A DNA stretch of 60,020 bases, counting the filler, from Asterionella formosa (Eukaryota): NCBI GenBank assembly GCA_002256025.1. It is 12 parts of 12 records of this genome, joined end to end, with 100 filler letters (N's around TTAATTAATTAA, not from the genome) between each part and the next. Parts side by side here need not be neighbours in the genome. Positions count along the whole stretch, not along the records: positions 35,119 to 40,020 come from NKIB01013300.1; positions 40,121 to 45,022 come from NKIB01013301.1; positions 45,123 to 50,022 come from NKIB01013302.1; 9 more parts are not named here. One strand, given 5' to 3'. Below are positions 35,019 to 46,721 of this stretch, piece after piece. Numbering within the stretch: position 1 is the stretch's first letter; each line of letters starts with the position of its first letter. A program made the position numbers and the translations under genes. Below the pieces are notes generated by a model. The model was given only the letters and a program-made list of their open reading frames with translations. It made no database searches and had not been told where the DNA came from.

Positions 35019-36544
35019 NNNNNNNNNNNNNNNNNNNNNNNNNNNNNNNNNNNNNNNNNNNNTTAATTAATTAANNNNNNNNNNNNNNNNNNNNNNNNNN
35101 NNNNNNNNNNNNNNNNNNGGTATGTCCCTACTTGGAACGTTTAGAAGAAGCCCTTTACTCAATGGATGCAAATTAATTTAGCTAGTCCATTGGTTTTTAT
35201 GGTAAAATATTTTTTGATATTATTATTAACAGCTGAAATACTGAGTCCCCCTTTGCATTGTCATTGTTTACGTAGTGCAAAGTAATGACAACCAATCCAT
35301 CACTTCCACCATGTTGGCTGCACTGAATTATAGACTAGAACAGCTAAAATGTAAAGAGTTGCAATAACTGCAAGTGATAGTCAATAAGAGGCAGATGCCT
35401 TAGTTATTGGAATGCTTCTAGTACATTAATAGCGCATCTAAGCACCGCTCTTCATTCCACTGAGTTTGTGTGATTGATTGTTGAATCTGATGGCATTCTT
35501 TCTCGTCCCCATTGATTGTCCATGTGAAAATTTCACCAAAACATTCAGTTGCACTTCTACAATGAAGGTTAGTAGGCACCAATGCTTTCCTTGCTTCCTG
35601 GCCATCTCCCTGAATATCGCCTGTTGTCTATCACCAATGTTGGCTCCGAAATATTCCCCTTACACATGCCAAGAATTGTAGCTATGGCAATAATGCTCTC
35701 CCTTGGCAACTCAAACACAGCTGTCTGTCAGAGATTCAAGTATGAAGAAGGAGGGTTGTAGTAGTGGAAGAGGAAACGATAGCGAATGACAAAGAGGATG
35801 AAGGACGAAGATGAGGAGAGTAGTGTGAGTCAATTAACGAACCTGACAAGCTCAATAGGAATTTGGAAGGGGGTATGTTAAAAGAGTGATTAGAGTATAT
35901 TTAAAGTAGTTTTTGTAGAGATAGAGAATAGAGCGAGAACATCAGACGGGCGTTCAAGATAAACAGACAGACACATGAATCTACGTCATAATAGTAGGAC
36001 AGTGATTAATAACAGTTAGTGCATGTTGCTGTCAACAAGAGCAATCAGCAATCATCAAATTAAGTTTCAACCAGCACCATATGCCAAGTTGATGACTTGA
36101 GACTTCATCGCACAAGTCCAACTTTCATCCATGCAATCATGGTCAGCCAATTGGATACTTCTCTATCCCAATTAAACACTTACCTTCGACGGAGTATTGC
36201 AACAATGTTTCAACATGTGTTGTACTAGTGCGAACATCACCAGAGGACGAAGAATGATGATTCCATGGTCTGTTCGACTTGAATGTGTTTTCAAAATATT
36301 TGTCTAAATCTATTTTGGAAAAAATTACTGCGATCATGTTTTTCCATTTTAACATAGCCACATACTATAGCCCAAATTTCAATTTATGATGTGTGAAATT
36401 TAAATAGCTTGTTTTGATGATCATGTAACTTCATCAAAAGTATAGAATTTCTGGTAAGCATTTTCAAGGATGCATCCTGTGGTTACAGGGAGGGTGCTAA
36501 AGAAATATTCACCAAAAATTATACACTTTGAAGAAGTTACATAA

Positions 36545-36715
36545 TTAAGGTACCAGGTACCGGAACAAGACCTCCCCCCCCAATTTCTCGTACTCTCAAA
36601 ATTGGGAGAGCATTTAGGGGATGAGCATAAAAATCTAGAGTCTAAATCCAAAGCTTGATGTAAGTGCCCCAGCATCTGAATCCTATCAGCACATGGCAAG
36701 TGCTCAATGTGTACA
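36545..36715. repeat. Dispersed repeat, homologue of 58955-59125
   Basis: Shared GACCxCCCCAATTTCT...TTTAGGGGATxAGCATA...GCACATGGCAAGTGC. Confidence 0.75.
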
Positions 36716-36849
36716 CGACCCGGACATTTGGTAGAACGCAAACGTCCAGGGTACTTTGAAGGTCTGGAAATTGAGAGTTTAGCATGATACTTATAGTATA
36801 AACCGTAATTTTACTATGCACCTTCCTGCCAAATGAATTAATTGGTAAA

Positions 36850-37780
36850 TAATCTCCGTTCGTTGGCAATACTAGACTCAACCCATTGTTTTGAAGAGGT
36901 TTAACTGTCATTCTCTTGCCAGATGCAAGAAAGGTCCATGGAACACGGCTGGAAACTGCTGCATTGCCGATACTAACAATTGAAATTGAGTCCCAACAAA
37001 CGTCAGTAATCTTTTCTTGTTTTCTCTTTGACAAGTCTCCCATCACTTTTATTGACCCAAGTTTTGCCAGTACACCAGTCTCATCGACATTGCAGATAAA
37101 ATGGGCTTCCAGAGCACTGAACTCCTCATTTGGATGGTTCAGTTGGAGTTGCTCTTGCCAAACAGATTCTATGTTGCCGTGCCAGCGGAGCCGCTGTTGC
37201 TCAATTGTTATCTGGGAACGATTTGCAGTTGTCTTCTGTGCAGAAACTGTTCGACCTCCACGCTTCAAATTAGGAAACTTGCCAGCACGGATCAGAAAGT
37301 CCAAGTGATTCTCAGCTTGCTTCCATTTACAACATCCAGTAAAATCCATAACTAAAAGAATCATCTCCTTCCTCGTCATCCCATTGTTGTTTTTATCCCT
37401 GAAGCAAGCTATACCTTGAAGCTCATCTCTTTCCGACAATGTTGTTAAAGATTTGGGTAAAGGACAAGTTGGGCGCAGCAATTCTATGGTTACAATTCCG
37501 ACCAAATTCTTATTGTTGGGATTGGTAACCTGCAATTGTTTCCTTGCATCATACAATATTGATCTTGGAACTCTGTGAGTGCGCACAATATTTGCCTCAT
37601 TCCCCCCTCCCATGATGTTCAATTCTTCCAACAGTACTTTGATGTTACAAGGCAAGTTCCAGTTCTTGTATCGACCGCGATGATTCTTCTTCGAAACCAG
37701 AGATTGACTCACTAAATTTTCAACATCATTCATTTCTTCTGTTATCACTGAATGGCTGCGCTTCTTGGCCTTGATTGCCT
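36850..37780 (-). mobile_element. pogo/Fot1-like DDE-1 transposase remnant (truncated)
   Basis: HTH-like region, QKTTANRSQIT, ICNVDETG (NxDETG), ISIVSIGNAA; second half of the catalytic domain is not seen in frame. Confidence 0.65.
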
Positions 37781-38672
37781 TCATCGTTGTAGTTATTGCT
37801 TTTGCTATTACTGTCACTGGTTTCTGATGAGACAAATCAGACTGATCCTTCGGAGGTTGTCCACGCCATAAAGGAATCCATCTAACAGAACAAGTAAACA
37901 AGAAAATGAGCACATTGCAATAACTCTGGACATCCATTATTACTGGCATTGTTACTCACCCTTGTATGTCTCCAGACTCTTTCAGCCTTGCCTGTTCTTG
38001 CCTAGTCTTTGGCCTCCCAGACATGGTTTGATTGTTGTAATTGAATGTGCAGTGAGCAAGAAGAGTAAGTGACGAAAATTAATGAAGATGATAAACATTC
38101 ATCCACCAGTGCGCAAAAATACTGAGTTTGCGATGCACAAAATAATTGTTGAACTGCTATTGTGTACCTTTTTACAACGGATTCGGGTATCGTTCGCCAG
38201 CAGCATTCGAAATTATTTATAAATAATGAAAAAATGTCCATAATTGAATGAACTAAAAAAAATACAAGATCTAACGAAAGTTCTACAGGGGCTGTAGCAC
38301 AAGGTCAAATCCAAAATTGGTCAGGGTGCTGGTTTGGTCAGGTCAACTCGCTCTAGTACATAAAGAGTTTCTGTAGTAGCTATAAACAGAGTAAAAATAA
38401 TCACGGTTTTGGGGGAAAATATATTAACCGATGTATACACATCGAAAAATATGCACTGTAAGCCATCGACTGCTATGCAACAATCTTAATGACTTTGAAG
38501 AAATTAGATCTTCATGGCTCATTACACTGAATCAAAACTGATTAGCGGTACCAGTACTTATTTGACACTTAGTCCCGGGACTCTACCGTACTTGCATCAG
38601 GTTCCGATTGATAAACAAATTACCTCAATATTTTCAAGTCGGAAGGTGGAGTCGTAAAATAACCGTGGCTTA

Positions 38673-39640
38673 GGCCGTTGCTAACCGTTGACCCAAACCA
38701 AAACCCAAAAACTTTTTTTTGGATTGGTTTTGGTTTTGGTCAACTGACAAAAAAACGATGCTATCGGTTTTTGGGAAATCCTAAATGCTGTCAACCACCC
38801 ATCTACTGTGACGTAGGATGACAAAACCATTATAAAAAAAGTAATATATTTTATTAGACTACTTTTATAAAGGAAATATTATGATTCCTATTTGGGAATT
38901 AGTTAGTTTTCCCCGCAATTTACCGGTAGTGCCGTATATATATATATATATATACTCCGACCACACTTCTTCATGATGAAATACAACTGACAGCAGTTTC
39001 AGCAACCCAGACAGAATTGAATGCCGCAAAAAAATGGTGTCTTGGTACAAACGAATTGGCGATGCGCCATTACCTGCAACAAAACATCTACTGATTACTT
39101 ACCAGATATATTGATACAATGGGACGTGGCGATGCACCAGTACCAGTTGCCGGAGCAATACCGCCACCAGCAGCCTCAGTTGAAGAGGACGACGAAGATG
39201 AAGTCGTGGTGACAAAAGATTGATTTATGTGTTCCGCATAATAAATCGAAGTCGATTTGTTGTTGTTGTTCTCGCCAGTGTGGTATGGTACCTGGTACTC
39301 TGGTACCGGTACCGTCTAGCTATTGTTGTACATATGTAGATATGATATACCGGTACCGGCATATGATGCATCCTATATGTAGTGATTCTGCGACGATATT
39401 TATTGGGTTTCTAGTGACTACATTCAAAGTAGTCAATATGGAATCCTACGTTTAGGTAACTTTGGGAGAAAAAAAACCTAAACGTAATGCGTTTGGGTAA
39501 CTTATTGGAATATGGGCACGGAATCCCCTATACGTAATGCGTTTGCGTTGGGTTTTTCACTCCCGTTAGCATCGTTTTTTAGGGTTACCAAAACCAAAAC
39601 ACTGTTTGGTTTGGGTTTTGGTCCACCGTTAGCAACGGCC
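38673..39640. mobile_element. Non-autonomous PIF/Harbinger-type element (968 bp), TSD TTA
   Basis: TTA|GGCCGTTGCTAAC ... GTTAGCAACGGCC|TTA, with subterminal CCAAAA/TTTTGG repeats. Confidence 0.85.
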
Positions 39641-41939
39641 TTACAGTTTTTAACTGTTATGTAGGAGTACCATGGTCTAACGTGATGTAATAATCGGAGC
39701 CGCTGTTCCGCCCAAAGAAACAAGTCGTGCCCTGTGCTCCATGTAACGACGTGCTCACTCCATTTGAAAGTAACGTACCAGCTACCAGGTACCCTGGTAC
39801 CAGATACCTGATGGCGTATATGTACCAGGTGCCAGTATTTAAAATGATATCAATTAAGCATCATTGATGAATTGTCAAGAGCACATCGTCGTTCCAAGTA
39901 GACTGAGTGAACCATTCCTCTGCTTCGATATCGTCGTCCAGACACTAACTAGTCATATGTATGTACAGCACCATCATGGTCGTCGCACATATTCTGAGTC
40001 CAGCCTCGCTTCCCACAGCCNNNNNNNNNNNNNNNNNNNNNNNNNNNNNNNNNNNNNNNNNNNNTTAATTAATTAANNNNNNNNNNNNNNNNNNNNNNNN
40101 NNNNNNNNNNNNNNNNNNNNGGGAGCTCCAACCTCACGTACAAAATCCTGGTATGCTCCATGTGAATGTGCCTCTCTAAACATACAACGTGCAAACAGAA
40201 ATTGCGATGGAATTTGAATGAAGAGTTGCACACATGAGTAGTTCTGGATAGACTTGATAGATGAGAAAAACGTATCCGAATCTGTGCTGCCATCGAGTCA
40301 ATTAGGATGAAGAGGAATTAGACGCTTCTTTCAGACGCTTCTTTCGATGCTGTCTGGGTGCTTCTCTATTCTCCTTTTCAACTGTTTGGGTGCAGAGCTG
40401 TGTTGTTGCTTCGAGTTTCTTCTTGGTTACAATCTCAGTTGAATTTCCCAGACGTTTCTCCCATAGAGTTGGCTCCTCTTCAACAATGCTTCCGCGTCCC
40501 CTCCTAGATGACTGCTTCAACAACTCAGATGAGTTGCTGGGAATTCGTGGTGTCAACCAATGAATTGTGTGGGAGTTTGCTTCTTTGATTGTAGGTAAGC
40601 GAACATTGAATGTAAGAAGTTTTTCATCATCAGTGAACCACAGTTTAATCTGAATGTTGTCAACCTCAATGCATTGCAAACCGCCATCCCGTTCAGAAAT
40701 GTCATGAACAATAACATTATTACGCCTCATCACATGAGTGTTGATCAGCGCTTCTGTTTGTTCTGGTCTTTCATCAAAGGCTGCTCCCCCCCAACCCAAG
40801 TAAAAAGGTTTCTTTTGTTTCTGGATGTTCATAAGCAGTGACTGCATTGACAATTGGAAGAGTAGGTCCATCCATATTGGCCCCCCCAACCATACAGTTT
40901 TGCGCTCTTGCTCACTTTTTCCAGAACTCTCCATCCAACTCCGCCAATGACCTCAAATTATGTTCCTCCATCAAGCACAACCCTTGCTGCTTCCCCCGGA
41001 ATGCGTCCAAGTCAGAGTATTGGGTTGCGATGTCTCTTTTTCTTTTTCCTGGGAGTCTCCTTCTTAGATTTCTTCTTTTGGGTACTTGTTGTAGGATTTA
41101 TTTCCTGGTCACTATCATCCTCACTGTCTTTGTCATCAGAGTCCTTGATTTTCACATGAGGTGTACTAGCCGTATCGCATAATCCAGAAGCTGAGGTCTT
41201 TGTCCTTCTAGCCTTCTTCTTGCGCTTTCTTGTCTTTGGCTTGTTCTTGGAGTGGCATCCCTTGTCAGATTCGACTGAGTTGTCATCTTTCTTGGCATCT
41301 CCATTGGCGCCAGTCAACTTGTCGACACGAATTGCCCTTCCTTCATTATTCCAGACACTTCTCCACTTAAATGGATCTTTCTTGATAGAATTGGAGTTAA
41401 TTGTATTGAGTAAGAGTGTGGGGAGGAAAGGAATTTGGTTCTCTTTAGACGATTTAGGTGTGGCTCCGCCTTTACTTGTAGAAGTTGTTGCGCGCCTTGC
41501 CTTGGTGGAACTCTCTCGTGAGAATCTTTCCAATTCCTGTTCTCTGCTCCGAATACGTTGAACACACTCATGCCGTCTGCCCAAGTGTTGCACCTGTACC
41601 AATGTACCATTCCTCCCAGTCAATTGGATCCCCGGAAAAATCCTTGAGTGCATCAACATATATTTTCGGGGCCCCACGCGTAGGGTCTACAGGCATGACT
41701 GGTACTGCTGGTACAACTGCTTGTGCTGTAGTGAACATGGGCATGCTTAGTGTCACCATGACCTTCTGCATAGTTGTTTGGACGTTTACGACATGTCCTC
41801 TTGCGAGAAATGTCCCAAGTCTTGCCAACTTGCGCCTAAGCAGGATAGAAGAGTTGGGAAGTAACTGGACGATGTCCGCTTCTTCGAGGACGGAAAGGTT
41901 GTCTGTATTTGTCAGACCGGCGTTTGCGAGTGTTTCTAA

Positions 41940-43640
41940 GAGCATCGCCACCGCATCGACCAAATACCAAAGCCAATTGCAGTTGAAAATATCAATACAC
42001 ATCACTTGGTTGAGAATCTTTTTATCAATAGTCGAATTTTTCATATTTTTTCCCACCGCATCGACCAAATCCTAGAATAGTCAAATCTCGCGCCGAAACT
42101 TTTAGTGAATAGAAATAGTACTAGAATTTTATTACATGTGTATCGTTATTTTAATAAACCCGATTACTACCAATAAGAAAATGATGGGACGCACTGCGTG
42201 GTTTGTGGTAGCATACCAGGGTACCAGGTACTCATCCATATGTATCTGCCTGATGAAATCAGCAAAGATAGCGACTCATCAGATGACGACCGCTCCTACA
42301 CTTCCGTACATACCAGTTAAACATATACAGGAAGAAAACGAGAAAGGCAACCGAAGGAGGATCAAAGGAAGTCGCTTAGCTACCGGTAGTCTGTACCTGT
42401 AGTTTTTTGAATAATTGTAGCACCACGTTTCCTGCAAATTCCTTATTCTTACGCAGCTAGTACTACGCCTATCTAAACTGCCCATCAAAAACTAATATGA
42501 CTATGCATTTGTATATTGGTATTCTAGAATAGAAAAACCTTCCGTTTTTCCAATTAGCTAGAGTGATAGCCTAGCTTTCTAATCAATCATACTAGCGTTG
42601 ACATGTAATCTATATTATTTTTCCTTCATTTGGAATCATCTGCTACATCAAAATCATCAGTGGTGGATGACAGGTGGGACAGTGGAGTACTGGAAGCACT
42701 GGAATTTTTGAGATGCAATTGGATCACACCTAATCCCTCCTTCATTTTTTCCATTAAACGACATTGCCTTTATTGGCGTGAAACCCTTCGTTAAATGGCA
42801 CAACTCTCTTGGATACATTTTTGAAATTCTTCGGCTGATTAATCAACCATCGACACAGTAAACTGTTACACAATATACCCATGGCTGGCATGCAAGTGAA
42901 GAAGATATCGATACTAGCCTGGGACATGCAGCAGTCTGCCAACAATGACACATTACGGTACATGAGGAACAATGCTGCCTTGACAAAACTCGCATATCGC
43001 TATCGATTGTTGCTCTTGACAGCGCCAAAATGATAATCCAACTTTGGTTCTGTCTGAAACCGACAATGAATCATCCTCGTTGGCTGCTGCTCCTGCTTCT
43101 CCTGCTGCTCCTGCTGCTCCTGTTGCTCCTGCTGCTCCTGCTCCTTCTGCAGCTCCTGCGGCTCCTGCTCCTGCTGCTCCTTCTCACGTAGCATCCTGCT
43201 TTGACAACAATGGATGACGATATCCTACTGGGATCGTCGAAGACTCGAAGGACAATATTTTATAGATACTAGCTGCCGGTATTATTCAAAGGTTTTTGTA
43301 CTTAAGTTTATTATTTGTCTACATCAAGAGAGTAAGGTAAATGTGCATTGTAAGCGTTTGTGGATCAATGAAACAGTTGACGTTATGTTGCCGGCGCAAA
43401 CCGCAATCTAAACCAATAGAAATGCTCCTTTTATTTGGCTACAGTCGGAGTCTAATTGACCAAATACCAGATATTTGGTCGATAAGGGGGTCATCCTCGA
43501 TCAAGACCAAAGCATATTTGGTCTTGGTCGATGCGGTGGCTAAAATATTTTTGCTTTTTCGACCAAAACAACACATCATGACGTGTAATGACCCGCAACT
43601 TCAATTGGCTTGGTATTTGGTCGATGCGGTGGCGATGCTC
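41940..43640. mobile_element. Non-autonomous PIF/Harbinger element (1701 bp) nested in Copia gag, TSD TAA
   Basis: TAA|GAGCATCGCCACCGCATCGACCAAATACCAA ... TTGGTATTTGGTCGATGCGGTGGCGATGCTC|TAA; subterminal copies at ~42055 and ~43525. Confidence 0.93.
43085..43180. repeat. Imperfect (CTGCTGCTC)n microsatellite inside the Harbinger element
   Basis: 9-bp period, reads QQE repeats on the minus strand. Confidence 0.85.
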
Positions 43641-43710
43641 TAACTCATGTTGAGTCATTCCACTCAATTCCACCACTTTCGGATCCATCATTCTACTAGT
43701 CACTCTTCGT

Positions 43711-43744
43711 CGGCTCATAACCAAGGAGACTCAGTCTCATAATC
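43711..43744 (-). promoter_or_regulatory. Copia primer-binding site region (half-tRNAi-Met type), duplicated
   Basis: Minus strand directly after the LTR reads GATTATGAGACT, then GGTTATGAGCCG; both resemble the copia/Ty5 PBS GGTTATG(G/A)GCCC. Confidence 0.6.
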
Positions 43745-43996
43745 TGATAAGATGCTATCTAAAGACGAATTGGCCTGTTAGAGCCCTGCTGTAAAGGTAG
43801 GTCCAACAAGTTGTGACTTGAGGCCATTCCAGCAGTACTTTTTACTAGGTTAGTATGTATCTACGTAGATGATGGTACAACCACGTTGTACCAGTACCCA
43901 TCAAGTACTATGGATATCTGATTCATCAGTTGGTGCGGTAAGCGGTAAGTCACCAATTCCCCGGAGAACCCAAGCAATCTCGTTCCCGTATTTATC
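43745..43996 (-). mobile_element. Copia 5' LTR, outer terminal base missing
   Basis: Matches 31599-31847 with about 7 substitutions and one 3-bp indel; ends ...TTATC rather than TTATCA. Confidence 0.9.
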
Positions 43997-45022
43997 TCAT
44001 GGCAAATACTGTCCCCATTCATGGGCATCCTATCCAGGATGTTAATGAACAAATGATGATAGAAAATATTGTGGCTGGTGGAACAAGGCGGCCGGGCATA
44101 CATCGCTGATAGCCTCCTGTTTGCAAGGTGGTGCTTGGAGCATCAAACTGAGTGGCTCACAGCAAATACTACTAGAAACCGACTCCAACAACTGGAAATT
44201 GAAACAGAAGGAAAAGGAACAAGGCACCAAGGCGGGATGCACATCAAATCAGGCTTTGCCCTTTTGCTACAGAATACAGCAGAGGAGCCTGTTATTTTGC
44301 AAAACGAGATCACACCATCAGGCTTCATGGTCTACTTGCAAGGATTGCGGCATTGGCGCACAAAAGAGAGGCTGTCCAAGAGTTGCTATTGAAACAAAAG
44401 ATCTGCAATCTACAATTTATTTCGTCTACACAATGGAACAGGCTTCTCTGCTACCTTTGAGCAAGAGTTAAGCAATTTAATGCGAGGTTTCTTCTCTTGA
44501 AAACAATGATGGATTGGGTGAGGTTCGAGAGGGCAAGGATCCAATGACTTTTCAATTGTATCGCCTTGTGAGTCTCTGGATGATTGAATTGGGAAGTGAT
44601 GATGGCATCTGTGGCCATCTTTTCCTTGTTTTGACATGGAATTTTATGTTTCGAGTTAACAACACAAGCCAGATATACCTTTGTCATATGGAATGGGCTG
44701 ACGATGCTCTACGCATTTACTTTGCCAACTCAAAAACAGATCAGCAAGGTGCCCAGTCGAAATTTCCAAGGCATGTTTATTCCAATCAAATAGACTGGTG
44801 CGGGGGAGGAATGGTCAATGGGCAAAGTGAAAGATATTTATATCCGATATGAGAAGGGTGGCCACATGTTTGTTGGAAGGGCTTTGAGTGGTCTCCCTTT
44901 GCTACTCGCCCAATTCTCTGCATCCCCTGCTGTGTTTATTAAATCTGAATCTACTTAGGCTGGGATCACAACCCAGTGGATATCTGCAACAAAAGCTGCA
45001 ACTTTCCCAATGATGATAGGGA
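43997..45022 (+). mobile_element. CryptonS-like tyrosine-recombinase transposon remnant
   Basis: EGKDPMTFQLY..HLFLVLTWNFMFRVNNT..I..HMEWADDAL..F..SKTDQQG..PRHVYSN, then GEWSMGKVKDIYIRYEKGGHMFVGRALSGLP; the HSxRK box is missing (internal deletion); stops present. Confidence 0.75.
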
Positions 45023-45467
45023 NNNNNNNNNNNNNNNNNNNNNNNNNNNNNNNNNNNNNNNNNNNNTTAATTAATTAANNNNNNNNNNNNNNNNNNNNNN
45101 NNNNNNNNNNNNNNNNNNNNNNCACCTCCCCGCGTACAAGCACCTAGAGTCACCACGTCACCACATAGTACCGGTATGTTGGGTTGATACCAGGTGGGTT
45201 AGGGTTAAATTTTCTCATTTCAACAAAACCCAGGCTTGGTACTTGGTACGCCAGGAAGCGCCATCATGGCTCCCCTACTGATAATAGAGCTGCAATAAGG
45301 TGCTTAATTGATGACATTTAATATATTATTGAACAATGACGATTTGCAGAATCAAACTCTGAACTTGACTCAGATTTGCTGCCTGATCAAGCAACTGGTT
45401 CAGCTAACCATCTTCTTGCTTTGGAATACAGATAGGAATTGTTCTACATTTTGAACTTGCTGATAAC

Positions 45468-45570
45468 GACTAGAACTGCTTGACTACAACTAGAATTTGC
45501 TGACTACAACAACTAGAATTTGTTGACTGCAACAACAAGAATTTGCTGACTACAACTAGAATTTGCTGAT
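45468..45570. repeat. ~20-23-bp tandem minisatellite (ACAACTAGAATTTGCTGACT)
   Basis: About five imperfect units are visible. Confidence 0.8.
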
Positions 45571-46118
45571 AAAACTTGAGGGCAAATACAAATAGATTTT
45601 CTGAATAACCCTTCTGCAAATGAAGTAACATACCTTGTACTAGTATATACATGAATATACACAACTATGTACTATATTCCTCCTAATAGCCATGCTACAG
45701 CAGTAATAATGCTATGAACATACTTGACATCATTATGTCTATATCCATATAGTCACAGTCATTATCACGCCTGATGCAATGCACAGCATACCAGGTACTG
45801 GCATATTTGCAAATAATCATACATATCACATACACTATGGCTATATAAGGTATGGATTTACTGAATGATAATTTAATGGAATAGAAAGGTTTTTACGAGA
45901 GTTTGGAATGGAAAGCCAACCTAACCCTTCTGGTAGGCATGGGACAGATCATTGTTGGGAGTGAGTCGAAACTTAAAAATTGCGCATAAAATGTGCACTA
46001 CCAAACCTTCCTGGTATATTGTCCAAACTAATACCGGTACCTGGTACCAGTACATCCACTACCTAGGATTCATACCAGGAAGGGGTAGGTTACCCCGTCA
46101 GCTACATACCAGCATTAA

Positions 46119-46402
46119 GGTTCCTGAATTTGAGCCCCTAGGGTTTAAAAAATAACATTGATTCAGACTTTTCAATCACGTACTTTTCATATTTGAAATA
46201 AATATGTATTTTGCTATTCAGCTCACATCACTACAATTTTGCTGAGTCTGATGCACATGATTGAGGATACACAAAAATGGCTAACTGTTTTGCTATTACT
46301 GAGATATATTTGTGAAATATATCTCTGTGAAGATTTGATCTGTGTTAAGATTGCCCCTAAACAATATTTTATTTTTTGCCCAGGAATTCCAATGCAGCAA
46401 CC
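46119..46402. mobile_element. MITE (284 bp) with TTAA TSD and GG..CC termini (Kolobok-like)
   Basis: TTAA|GGTTCCTGAATTTG ... AATGCAGCAACC|TTAA with imperfect ~40-bp TIR; another end at 23840. Confidence 0.65.
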
Positions 46403-46721
46403 TTAATGGAGTAATTTTCGAATTATGCATTACAAAGAAAAAGGAAAAGATTTTCAAAATACCTGCCCTTGTGTTTAGCCTGGTGAGCTCATTTTTAAAT
46501 CCTTAATGATGGAATGCTGAAAGTGAAAAACTTTCTCAAATAGGGGGATTACCAGAAGTTGATAATGAAATATGCATTTGTTTTGGGCACATGATATTTC
46601 CAGGTATTTTATCCCTGACATATAACAAATGCATTCGAGCACTTGTCGTTCTTTGGGAGTAAAGGGGCCAACTGAACCTGGAATAACCAGTAGTCTATAG
46701 CTAGATCTGCCTGCAACATCA

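Larger units (their letters stand above)
40121..43696 (-). mobile_element. Copia gag-protease region (continues 31935-35018), split by a Harbinger insertion
   Basis: The first 127 nt are identical to 34892-35018; protease-side EALINTH..VHDIS..GGLQCI; gag DFSGDPIDWEEW; gag start MMDPKVVEL near 43690. Confidence 0.85.

Noticed and set aside
36642..36850. C-terminal part of the 435-aa ORF as transposase
   Set aside because: It reads into an unrelated dispersed repeat (homologue at 58955-59125) and has no DDE motifs.
41568..42068. 166-aa ORF as a standalone gene
   Set aside because: Chimera of the Harbinger end (reading WYLVDAVAML) and Copia gag.
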